Positions 8,456 through 18,963 of a stretch of 64,000 bases of DNA are shown in pieces; position 1 is the first letter of the stretch, and the number at the start of each line of letters is the position of its first letter. This DNA comes from Terriglobia bacterium (GTDB taxonomy: Bacteria; Acidobacteriota; Polarisedimenticolia; Polarisedimenticolales; JAIQFR01). The stretch covers positions 160,001-224,000 of the forward strand of contig CAVVHE010000008.1 of NCBI GenBank assembly GCA_963748015.1, given 5' to 3'. The position numbers and the translations under genes were made by a program. The notes beneath the pieces were generated by a model. It did no database searches, was not told where the DNA came from, and saw nothing but the letters and a program-made list of their open reading frames with translations.

Positions 8456-9990
8456 GCAGCGTTCTCGGCGGATTTTCGGCCATCGGGATCGCCTTCGCGG
8501 TTCTGTTCGGGCTTCTCGGGATCTTCGCGGCAATGGCGCTCTTCGCCCGCAACTACATCAAAGTGCCGCCCTCGCAGGTCGCGATCTTCTACGGGCGGAA
8601 GCAGACGCTCGTCGACGAGAAAGGAGAGCGCACCCGGGTCGGCTTCCGCGTGGTGCGGGGCGGCGCCGCGCTCCGCCTCCCGGTGCTCGAGCAGGTCGCC
8701 TACCTGTCCCTCAACATCATCTCGATCCCGCTCAAGATCCAGCGCGCCTACACCAAGGAGGGCGTGCCCGTCACGGTCGAGGCGGTGGCGAACGTCAAGA
8801 TCGCCGGCGACGACATGTCGCTGCGGTCGGCGGCCGAGCGCTTCCTCGGCATGACCGTGGATCAGATCAAGGGCGTCATCTTCCAGACGCTCGAGGGCCA
8901 CCTCCGGGCGATCCTCGGAACGCTCACCGTCGAGGAGATCAACGCCGACCGGCAGGCCTTCGCGCAGAAGATGACCGACGAGGCCGCCGTCGACCTCAAG
9001 AAGATGGGCGTCAACATCGACATCCTGACCATCCAGCAGATCAGTGACGAGGAAGGGTACCTCGACGCGCTCGGGAAGAAACGGACGGCCGAGGTCAAGC
9101 GCGACGCGGTCATCGGCGAGGCGCTCGCCCAGCGCGACGCGATGATCCAGTCGGCCAACGCCGACCAGGAAGGGAAGACGAAGCGCTACGAGGCCGACGT
9201 GACCATCGCGCAGTCGCTGCGCGACAAGGAAACGAAGCAGGCGGAGTTCAACGCCGCGGTGCAGGGCAAGCAGGCGGAGGCGCAGCAGGCGGGGCCGCTC
9301 GCGACGGCCATCGCGAAGCAGAAGGTCACCGAGCAGGAGACGCGCATCGACCAGGTGCGCAAGGCGCAGGAGGTGCTGGTCCAGGAGCAGGAGGCGTTCC
9401 GCAGGGAGAAGGAGCTGCAGGCCACGGTCGTGAAGCCGGCCGAGGCCGAGCGGCAGGCGGCCATTCTGCGCGCCGAGGGAGAAAAGCAGGCGACGATCAT
9501 CAAGGCCGAGGCGACCCAGAAGGAACTCGAGTACGAGGGCGCCGGCGAGGCCGCGAAGATCGAGAAGGTCGGACGCGCCGAGGCCGCGAAGGTCCTCGCC
9601 ATCGGAGAGGCCGAGGCCGAGGTCATCAAGAAGAAGCTCCTGGCGGAAGCGGAAGGGCTCCAGAAGAAGTCGGAGGCCTGGAAGAACTTCAACGAGGCCG
9701 CGGTCCTCAACATGCTCGTCGAGAGGATGCCCGAGCTGGCCCAGGCCTTCGCCACCCAGCTCGCGGGGATCGACAAGATCAACATCATCGAGATGGGGAA
9801 CGGCGCTGGCGGCGGGGGCGGCATCGGCAAGGTCATGGGCACCGTGGGCGGAGGCATGACCGCGATGCTCGCGATGCTGAAGGACCAGTTCGGCATCGAC
9901 GTCGTGCGCCTCGTGCAGGCCAAGACCGACGTCGCCGCCGCCGAGGCGGAGACCCGCGCCACGACCGGCGGCCCCAAGAAGTCGAGCTAG
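8452..9990 (+). CDS. Flotillin/SPFH domain protein
   Basis: N-terminal TM, SPFH motif LEGHLRAILGTLTVEEI, AEA-rich coiled coil. Confidence 0.93.
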   Translation: MSSVLGGFSAIGIAFAVLFGLLGIFAAMALFARNYIKVPPSQVAIFYGRKQTLVDEKGERTRVGFRVVRGGAALRLPVLEQVAYLSLNIISIPLKIQRAYTKEGVPVTVEAVANVKIAGDDMSLRSAAERFLGMTVDQIKGVIFQTLEGHLRAILGTLTVEEINADRQAFAQKMTDEAAVDLKKMGVNIDILTIQQISDEEGYLDALGKKRTAEVKRDAVIGEALAQRDAMIQSANADQEGKTKRYEADVTIAQSLRDKETKQAEFNAAVQGKQAEAQQAGPLATAIAKQKVTEQETRIDQVRKAQEVLVQEQEAFRREKELQATVVKPAEAERQAAILRAEGEKQATIIKAEATQKELEYEGAGEAAKIEKVGRAEAAKVLAIGEAEAEVIKKKLLAEAEGLQKKSEAWKNFNEAAVLNMLVERMPELAQAFATQLAGIDKINIIEMGNGAGGGGGIGKVMGTVGGGMTAMLAMLKDQFGIDVVRLVQAKTDVAAAEAETRATTGGPKKSS

Positions 9991-10012
9991 CGCACCCGCG
10001 AGCGAGGCGCCC

Positions 10013-10483
10013 ATGGCTGCCGAGACGATCTACGAGAGCAAGGTCCCCTGGAACCCGAAGCGGCCCGATACGGTCATCATCTCGTGCGTCGACGGCCGCT
10101 GGCGGGAGCACATCCAGGAATTCACGATCAACCACCTGAAGGCCGACCTGCACGCCGATTTCCTGGCGGTGCCCGGAGGGATCGAGCCGCTCACGCTGTT
10201 CGACCTCGTGCCGAAGGACTTCAACTTTTTCAGGAGGCGGCTCGAGTCGCTGATCGAGGCTCACGGGACGAAACGCATCGTCGCGATCGCCCACCAGGAC
10301 TGCGCGTGGTACAAGGAGCGCAAGTTCTTCCCCTTCAAGATAGATCTGCGCGAGCGGCAGATCGCCGACCTCAAGCGCGTCGCGGCGCGCCTGCGCGAGA
10401 CCCTTCCGGATCTCACGATCGAGACGTACTTCGCGAGGCTCGAGGGAAAGGACCCGGAGCGAGTCGTCTTCGAGCCAGTCTGA
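10013..10483 (+). CDS. Beta-carbonic-anhydrase-like protein
   Basis: SCVDGR and HQDC motifs match the CxDxR / HxxC zinc ligands. Confidence 0.65.
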   Translation: MAAETIYESKVPWNPKRPDTVIISCVDGRWREHIQEFTINHLKADLHADFLAVPGGIEPLTLFDLVPKDFNFFRRRLESLIEAHGTKRIVAIAHQDCAWYKERKFFPFKIDLRERQIADLKRVAARLRETLPDLTIETYFARLEGKDPERVVFEPV

Positions 10484-10516
10484 TCCGGTGCCTTGCCGCG
10501 ACCGGGTCCCTCCGCC

Positions 10517-11314
10517 TCATCTCAGCTGGAACTCCACCCGCACCGTGAAGTACACGCGCACCGCCCTCCCGCTCTGAAGCGCCGCGCGGTACCGCCACTG
10601 CCTGACGGCACTCACCGCCGCGTCCACGAACAGCGGGCTCGACGCCCGCAGCACCGTCACGTCGTCCACGGCGCCGTCCTCGCCGATCACGGCCTGCAGA
10701 AGGACGAATCCGGGAAGCCGGGCGGTGCGGGCCATCGCCGGGTACTCGGGCGAGACCTTTCGCATGAGAACCGGCGGAACCATGTCGGGTGTGATCTCGA
10801 CGGGTGCCGCCGGCAGGGCCGGCTCGGCACGCCCGTCGCCCGAGCCCGGACCTCCGCCCGAGCCGTCGCCGAGGCTGCCTTCCACCCCCCAGGGCAGGCC
10901 GGTGCCGTCGCCACCGAGGCCGGAAAAGAAAAGGCCGGACGGTCCAGGGCCGGGCAGGGCCTCCTCGATCGCCTCGGTTGGAGCATCGGGCTGCGGGGCG
11001 GCCTGGGGAACATCCCGTGGCTGCACGATCTCGTGAGGCGCGGCCGGCCGCCGCGTCGGCACCACACCGGAGGGCTGCCGCCGGAGCCCGCCCTGGCCGA
11101 GAGGAGGCGGTACACCGACGCCCGGACCGAGGAACACCCTGGTCGGCTGCGTCCCGAACGGGTTTTCGAACTCCGGCACCTGCCGGAGGACCAGGAGGGA
11201 GGAGGTGATCATTCCTCCCACGACAAGGAAGTGCATCGACGCAGCGACCGGGTACGGCCAGATCGCGCGGCCTCGGGAACCTGCTTTTCGGGTCTCTATC
11301 ATGGTGTCGAACAT
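10517..11314 (-). CDS. tonB: Energy transducer TonB family protein
   Basis: N-terminal TM with SxxxH, Pro/Gly linker, C-terminal PEYP...AVRQWRY TonB_C domain. Confidence 0.88.
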   Translation of the reverse strand: MFDTMIETRKAGSRGRAIWPYPVAASMHFLVVGGMITSSLLVLRQVPEFENPFGTQPTRVFLGPGVGVPPPLGQGGLRRQPSGVVPTRRPAAPHEIVQPRDVPQAAPQPDAPTEAIEEALPGPGPSGLFFSGLGGDGTGLPWGVEGSLGDGSGGGPGSGDGRAEPALPAAPVEITPDMVPPVLMRKVSPEYPAMARTARLPGFVLLQAVIGEDGAVDDVTVLRASSPLFVDAAVSAVRQWRYRAALQSGRAVRVYFTVRVEFQLR

Positions 11315-11476
11315 GGCGGCACCTCCCTCGCTCGTGCCCCCTGAGTGTTAGATCGGATCGCGGAGCGGAAGTTCCAGGGGAGGACGGGAAGATGCGCTGC
11401 GTGGACGTCGCAGCGCCGGGGGTCCGTGCCGGTCCTGGTGCATAATGCGGACCATCAACCTCAGGGAGGATCGCCC

Positions 11477-11713
11477 ATGTCCGAGCGCACGATCGCAGCG
11501 ACGCGTCCCGCCGTCGTCGAACTCGAAGCCGGCACCTACTGGTGGTGTCGTTGCGGCCGCTCGGCCGGCCAGCCGTTCTGCGACGGCTCGCACGCCGGGA
11601 CCGGCCTCGGGCCGATGGAGCTCAAGCTGGAGCAGAAAACCCGGGTCGCTCTCTGCCAGTGCAAGCACACGCACGACGAGCCGAGGTGCGACGGGAGCCA
11701 CAAGACGCTGTGA
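11477..11713 (+). CDS. CDGSH iron-sulfur domain protein (two CDGSH motifs)
   Basis: WCRCGRS..QPFCDGSH and LCQCKHT..PRCDGSH. SD GGAGG. Confidence 0.93.
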   Translation: MSERTIAATRPAVVELEAGTYWWCRCGRSAGQPFCDGSHAGTGLGPMELKLEQKTRVALCQCKHTHDEPRCDGSHKTL

Positions 11714-11732
11714 CGGACCCTATAATGCGGCC

Positions 11733-12757
11733 GTGATCCTAGCTGGCGACGTCGGCGGAACCAAGACGATCCTCGGGCTGTTCTCCCGCCGGGGGGACGG
11801 CTCGTGGCCGCCCGGGAGGCGACGTTTCCGAGCGCCGGCTACTCCTCCTTCGAAGCAATCGTCGAGGCGTTCCTCTCCGAGGGAAAAGAGCGCGTGACGG
11901 CCTGCGCGGTCGGCGTCGCGGGCCCGGTGACCGGGGGGCGGACGCAGGCCGTCAACCTCCGCTGGCACGTGGACGCGCGTCGCGTCGCCCGCCTCCTCCG
12001 CATCGAGGAGGTGCACCTCCTCAACGACCTCGAGGCCACCGGGTGGGGAATCCCGGCGCTGCCTCGGGCGAGCACCGTGAGCCTGACCCCGCGCCTGCGC
12101 CCATCCCCGGGCCACGCGGCGCTCCTCGCGGCGGGGACCGGCTTCGGCACCGCGGTCCTGTGCTGGGACGGGCGGCGGCACTGGCCCGCGGCCAGCGAGG
12201 GCGGGCACGCAGGGTTCGCGCCGCGAGACGAAGAAGAGATCGATCTGCTGCGGTACTTCATGCGGCGGTTCGGCCGCCCGAGTCTCGACCGGGTCGTTTC
12301 GGGACCCGGCCTGCGCGCGATCTACGATTTCCTGGTGGAGTCGGGCCGGGGCGCGCCGTCCCCCACGATGACGCGCCGGCTAGCGGAGGAGGATCCGAGC
12401 GCCGCGATCTCCGGGGCCGGCCTTCGGGGCGAGGACCCGACGGCGGAGCGCGCGCTGGATTGGTTGGTGTCGCTCTACGGATCCGCCGCCGGGGACCTCG
12501 CGCTGGTCGCGGGGGCGGTCGGCGGCGTGTGGATCGGCGGGGGCATCGCCCCCAAGATCCTGCCCAAGCTCCTTTCGGGCGCCTTCCTGCGGGCCTTCCG
12601 GTCCAAGGGGAGGCTCTCCCCATTCGTCGAGCGCATCCCGGTGCGGGTGATCCTGGAACCGCGCACGGGACTCCTCGGGGCGGCGGCGCGCGCCGCTCGA
12701 GGAATCCCGGGAGCGCTCCTGGCGTCCGCGCGCGGACGCCGCGAGGTGACGCGATGA
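11733..12757 (+). pseudogene. glk: Glucokinase with one frameshift at the G6 run 11791-11796 (probably a sequencing error)
   Basis: N-terminal [11 protein letters not shown] is in a different frame from the rest (LNDLEA, GTGFG, SEGGH, GGGIAPK). Confidence 0.8.
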
Positions 12758-14756
12758 ACGCCGCTCCGACTTCCGATCTCGCCCGCGACGCCGTGGACAC
12801 GCTGAAGTTCCTGGCGGTGGACGCCGTGGAAAAGGCGAAGTCCGGCCACCCGGGGATGCCGATGGGCGCCGCGGACATGGCCTTCGTGCTCTGGGGGCGC
12901 TTTCTCCGGTACGACCCCACGGCGCCCGACTGGCCCGACCGCGACCGCTTCGTCCTTTCCGCCGGGCACGGCTGCATGCTGCTCTACGGGCTCCTCCACC
13001 TCGCCGGATTCGAGGTCTCCATGTCGGACCTCCAGGCTTTCCGGCAGTGGGGGAGCAAGACGCCGGGCCATCCGGAGTTCGGCCACACCGTCGGAGTCGA
13101 GGCCACCACCGGCCCGCTCGGCCAGGGGGTCGGCAACGCGGTCGGGATGGCGTTGGCGGCGAGGATGCTCGCGGCCCGGTTCAACGACGCCGAGCTTCAA
13201 GCCGGTCAACCAGCGCGTGTTCGCGATCGCCAGCGACGGCGACCTCATGGAGGGGGTCTCGGCCGAGGCGTCGTCCCTGGCGGGACACCTCGAGCTCGGC
13301 AACCTCGTGGTCCTCTACGACGACAACCGGATCACGATCGAGGGAAAGACCGACCTCGCCTGGTCCGAGGACGTCGGCCTGCGCTACGAGGCGTACGGGT
13401 GGCACGTCCAGCGGGTGGACGGCCACGATCACGAAGCGATCGCCGCCGCGATCGAGGGCGCGATCGCGGAGGAGGGCGCGCCCGTCGCTCATCGTCTGCA
13501 GGACCCACATCGCCTACGGCGCCCCGACGAAGCAGGACACCGCGGCGTCGCACGGCTCGCCCCTCGGGGCGGAGGAGGTCGCGGCGGCCAAGGAAAAGGC
13601 CCGGCTGGCCAGTAGCGCCGCCGTTTCTCGTGCCGGAGACCGTCCGCGCGTTCTGGAAGGCGCGCGCCGCGGAGGGGGCCGCGCTGCGCACGGCCTGGGA
13701 GGCGCGTTTCGCGGAATGGCGCGCGGCGCGCCCCGGCGAGGCGGAGCTGTGGGACGCGATCTCGAGCCCCAAGGTCCCCGCGGACCTGACGGCCAGGCTG
13801 CTCGAGGCGGCGCCGACCGGCGCGGCCGCCACGCGCGAGCACGGGGCCGCGGTGCTCCAGAAGGCCGCGGAGCTGGTCCCAGGCCTCGTCGGAGGTTCGG
13901 CCGATCTCGCGCCGTCCACGCTGACGCTGATCAAGGGCTCGCCGTCGATCGGGCCGGGGGACCACGCGGGGAGGAACCTGCACTTCGGGATCCGCGAGCA
14001 CGGCATGGGGGCGATCCTCAACGGGATCGCCTATCAGGGGGCGTTCCGGCCGTTCGGCGCCACGTTCTTCGTCTTCTCGGACTACATGCGCCCGTCCATC
14101 AGGATAGCCGCCCTCGCGGGGCTGCCGGTCGTGTACGTCTTCACGCACGACTCGATCTTCGTCGGCGAGGACGGTCCCACCCACCAGCCGATCGAGCATG
14201 CCGCGGCGCTACGCGTGATACCGAACTTGAGGGTGTTCCGCCCCGCGGACGGCTTCGAGACCGCGCTGGCCTGGGGGATGGCGCTCGAGCGGACCGACGG
14301 GCCGACCGCGCTCCTGCTGAGCCGCCAGAAGCTCCCCCGATCGAGCGCGAGGCGGCCGGCGAGCTTGCCGATCCGAGGCGAGGGGCCTACCTCGTCGCCC
14401 GGAGCGACCGGCCGGACGCCGTGCTGGCCGCGACCGGCTCGGAGCTGCATCTCGCCCTCGCGGCGAGGGGGGCGCTCGCCGAGAAGGGGAAGAAGATCGA
14501 CGTGGTCTCGGTGCCTTGCCTCGAGCTCTTCCTGGAGCAGGAGCGGGGATTTCGCGACAAGCTCTTTCCCAAGGGCGTTCCGGTCGCTACAGTAGAGGCC
14601 GGCCGAACGGATCCGTGGCGTGTCCTGGCGGGACTGGACGGCCTGACGCTCGGGATCGACCGCTTCGGCGCTTCGGCGCCGTCCGCGGTCGTCGGGGATA
14701 GGTTCGGATTCACCGCGGAAAGCGTTGTCGCCCGCCTGCTCGAGTGGCTGGGTTGA
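12754..14756 (+). pseudogene. tkt: Transketolase with four frameshifts (probably sequencing errors)
   Basis: [45 protein letters not shown] and FGASAP motifs are spread over three frames. Confidence 0.85.
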
Positions 14757-14836
14757 GGCGAACCCGGGCGACCCGAAGGTCTACCGAGCATCGCAACGGG
14801 GCAAGCATCCGGAAGGAAAAAGAAAAGGAGGATGGA

Positions 14837-16261
14837 ATGGCTCGAACGAAAGGCATGCTCGCGCTTCTGCCGCTGGCGTTGACCCTGCTGGCGCTGACGG
14901 CGCCGCCGACGCTGGCCGCCGGGGACTATCCGAACGAGGTCGACATCCTGGCCGGCGTCTCGATGCCGGACAAGGATCTCCTGAGCCCGGAAGTGAACCA
15001 ATCCTGGGGCCTGGTCGGTACGGCGCGCTACACGCGCTTCTTCGGCGACCACTGGGGCGGTTTCCTGGACTTCACCTCGGCCAACTACGACTGCGGAACG
15101 GAGGTTCCCAACGCCTGGACGAGGGTGTGGCGGGGCGGCGCGGAATGGTCGTCCATGCCCAAGAAGAACAAGAACTGGTCGGTCACGTTCGGCGCCGGCT
15201 GGGAGGAGCTCCTCCCCAGCTACGGGGCGATCTACGACCGCAGCTTCGTCTCCCTGGGCTTCGGGCAGCGGATCGCGACGACGGGGAAAGGCGTTTGGCG
15301 GTGGGAGATCCGGGGAGATCAGTCCGTCGACGACGGCGGCAGCAACGACGGAGCCGGCGGGGCATCCCTCCTCAACATCCACGCGATGATCGGTCTCGGC
15401 TTCGGCTTCGGCGGGACCCCGAAGGACACCGACGGCGACGGCGTCATCGATCGCAAGGACAAGTGCCCGAACACCCCGGTAGGCGCGATCGTGGACGAAA
15501 CCGGCTGCCCGCTGGACAGCGACGGCGACGGCGTTTACAACGGGATCGACAAGTGCATGGACACGCCCAAGGGTGTCAAGGTGGACGCGAGCGGGTGCCC
15601 GCTCGATAGCGACGCCGACCTCGTCGCGGACTACCTGGACAAGTGCCCCAGCACGCCGAGAGGCGTCAAGGTGGACAAGGACGGCTGCCCCGTGGACAGC
15701 GACGGGGACGGCGTGCCGGACTACCTCGACAAGTGCCCGGGAACCCCGAAGGGCGTCAAGGTCGATCGCGACGGCTGCCCGCCGGACAGCGACGGCGACG
15801 GCGTGTCCGACTACCTCGACAAGTGTCCCAACACTGCGAGAGGTGAGAAGGTGGATTCGAGCGGCTGCCCGCTCGCGCCGCCTCCTCCGGTCCACACCAC
15901 GGCGCCGGTCTTCAAGGAAGGGAAGAGCCTGGTGCTCGAGGGAGTCAACTTCGAGTACAGCAGCTCCAAGCTGACCGCGGAGTCCAAGGCCGCGCTCGAC
16001 CGCGTCGCCGCGTCGCTCGTGGATTGGAGCGACGTGAACGTGGAGGTGGGCGGGCACACGGACGGCCGGGGAGCGGATGCCTTCAACCTGAAGCTCTCGC
16101 AGGCCCGGGCGGAATCGGTGCGGGACTACCTCGTGTCGAAGGGAGTCGCCGCCTCGAGGCTGGCGGCGAAGGGATTCGGCGAGACCCGTCCGATCGCCGA
16201 CAACAAGACCGACGAGGGGCGCGCGAAGAACCGCCGCGTCGAGCTGACCAAGACCAACTAG
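14837..16261 (+). CDS. OmpA family outer-membrane protein with thrombospondin type-3 repeats
   Basis: Signal peptide, beta-barrel-like region, DxDGDGV repeats, C-terminal GHTD...NRRVE OmpA domain. Confidence 0.93.
   Translation: MARTKGMLALLPLALTLLALTAPPTLAAGDYPNEVDILAGVSMPDKDLLSPEVNQSWGLVGTARYTRFFGDHWGGFLDFTSANYDCGTEVPNAWTRVWRGGAEWSSMPKKNKNWSVTFGAGWEELLPSYGAIYDRSFVSLGFGQRIATTGKGVWRWEIRGDQSVDDGGSNDGAGGASLLNIHAMIGLGFGFGGTPKDTDGDGVIDRKDKCPNTPVGAIVDETGCPLDSDGDGVYNGIDKCMDTPKGVKVDASGCPLDSDADLVADYLDKCPSTPRGVKVDKDGCPVDSDGDGVPDYLDKCPGTPKGVKVDRDGCPPDSDGDGVSDYLDKCPNTARGEKVDSSGCPLAPPPPVHTTAPVFKEGKSLVLEGVNFEYSSSKLTAESKAALDRVAASLVDWSDVNVEVGGHTDGRGADAFNLKLSQARAESVRDYLVSKGVAASRLAAKGFGETRPIADNKTDEGRAKNRRVELTKTN
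15425..15874 (+). repeat. Five tandem 90-bp coding repeats (TSP3 Ca-binding, DSDGDGVxDxxDKCPxTP...GCP)
   Basis: Five 30-aa units are visible in the translation. Confidence 0.9.
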
Positions 16262-16284
16262 TTCTTCCACCGATCGTGCGACGA

Positions 16285-16324
16285 GAGGGCCCCGGGGCCG
16301 CGACCCCGGGGCCCTCCGCTTTTC
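16285..16324 (+). terminator. Intrinsic terminator after ompA
   Basis: GAGGGCCCCGGGG-loop-CCCCGGGGCCCTC followed by a short T tract. Confidence 0.65.
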
Positions 16325-16385
16325 GAGAGCCGGCACGGGATACACTCGAGACGGCGCGGCATGGAAGCCGCGACGGAGGTCCCGC

Positions 16386-16883
16386 ATGACCGCTTGCCCG
16401 AGCGCGAGAGCGGCTGCCCTTTCCCTCGTCCTCGCGCTTTCGGCGGTCGCGGCGGCGGGCTGCGCGCAGCGCGAGACCACGGTCACGACCTACACCCTCG
16501 CGCACCCCGCGACCCGCTCGTGGGTCGGCGTGGGCGCCGAGGACGTCCTGCGGCTGTGGGGCCAGCCGGCGGAGAAGGGCTCGGACGGCGAGGGGGGGAC
16601 GGTGCTCACCTATCGGGCGAAGTCCAAGGTGCAGGTGAGCACGTCGGTGGACGAGCAGGGCTGGGCGGCCGACCGGGGGCAGCTCGGATCGGGTCACCCG
16701 GGGATGCCGACGCAGCACGTGGAGACGACGGAGGTCCCGCGCGCCCCGTCGGCGGTCTTCTACATCTCGCCGAAGGGGCTCGTCTACCGCTACACGATCA
16801 GCTCGGAGCTGCTCGGCAGCGGCAAGGCGCCGGATCCTCCGCTGCGCGACGGTTCCGACGCTCCCGCCCGCCCGCCGGGCTGA
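16386..16883 (+). CDS. Hypothetical lipoprotein
   Basis: Signal peptide ending AAGC (lipobox-like). SD GGAGG. VLRLWGQP resembles SmpA/BamE-like motifs. Confidence 0.6.
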   Translation: MTACPSARAAALSLVLALSAVAAAGCAQRETTVTTYTLAHPATRSWVGVGAEDVLRLWGQPAEKGSDGEGGTVLTYRAKSKVQVSTSVDEQGWAADRGQLGSGHPGMPTQHVETTEVPRAPSAVFYISPKGLVYRYTISSELLGSGKAPDPPLRDGSDAPARPPG

Positions 16884-16910
16884 TGCCCCGGCGCCTCCAC
16901 GCCCGGGCTC

Positions 16911-18815
<1,905 letters not shown>

Positions 18816-18963
18816 CGCGATCCTCCTTGAGGCTCGGCAACCGAACGAATTCAAATAGTCTACCCCAGGTCGGCGAAGGGCCGGGGGCGAGCGCCATGCG
18901 AGGAGCCGAGCGCGGCAAAACTCCCGGGGGTCCGAGACGTACCAAGAGGCGAGGAGTAACATC

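Noticed and set aside
12754..14756. Programmed frameshifting or phase variation in tkt/glk
   Set aside because: The runs are short, there are no canonical slippery heptamers, and five events in both directions are implausible as regulation.
15425..15874. Regularly spaced repeats as a possible CRISPR array
   Set aside because: They are in-frame 90-bp TSP3 coding repeats within OmpA, with no unique spacers and no cas genes.
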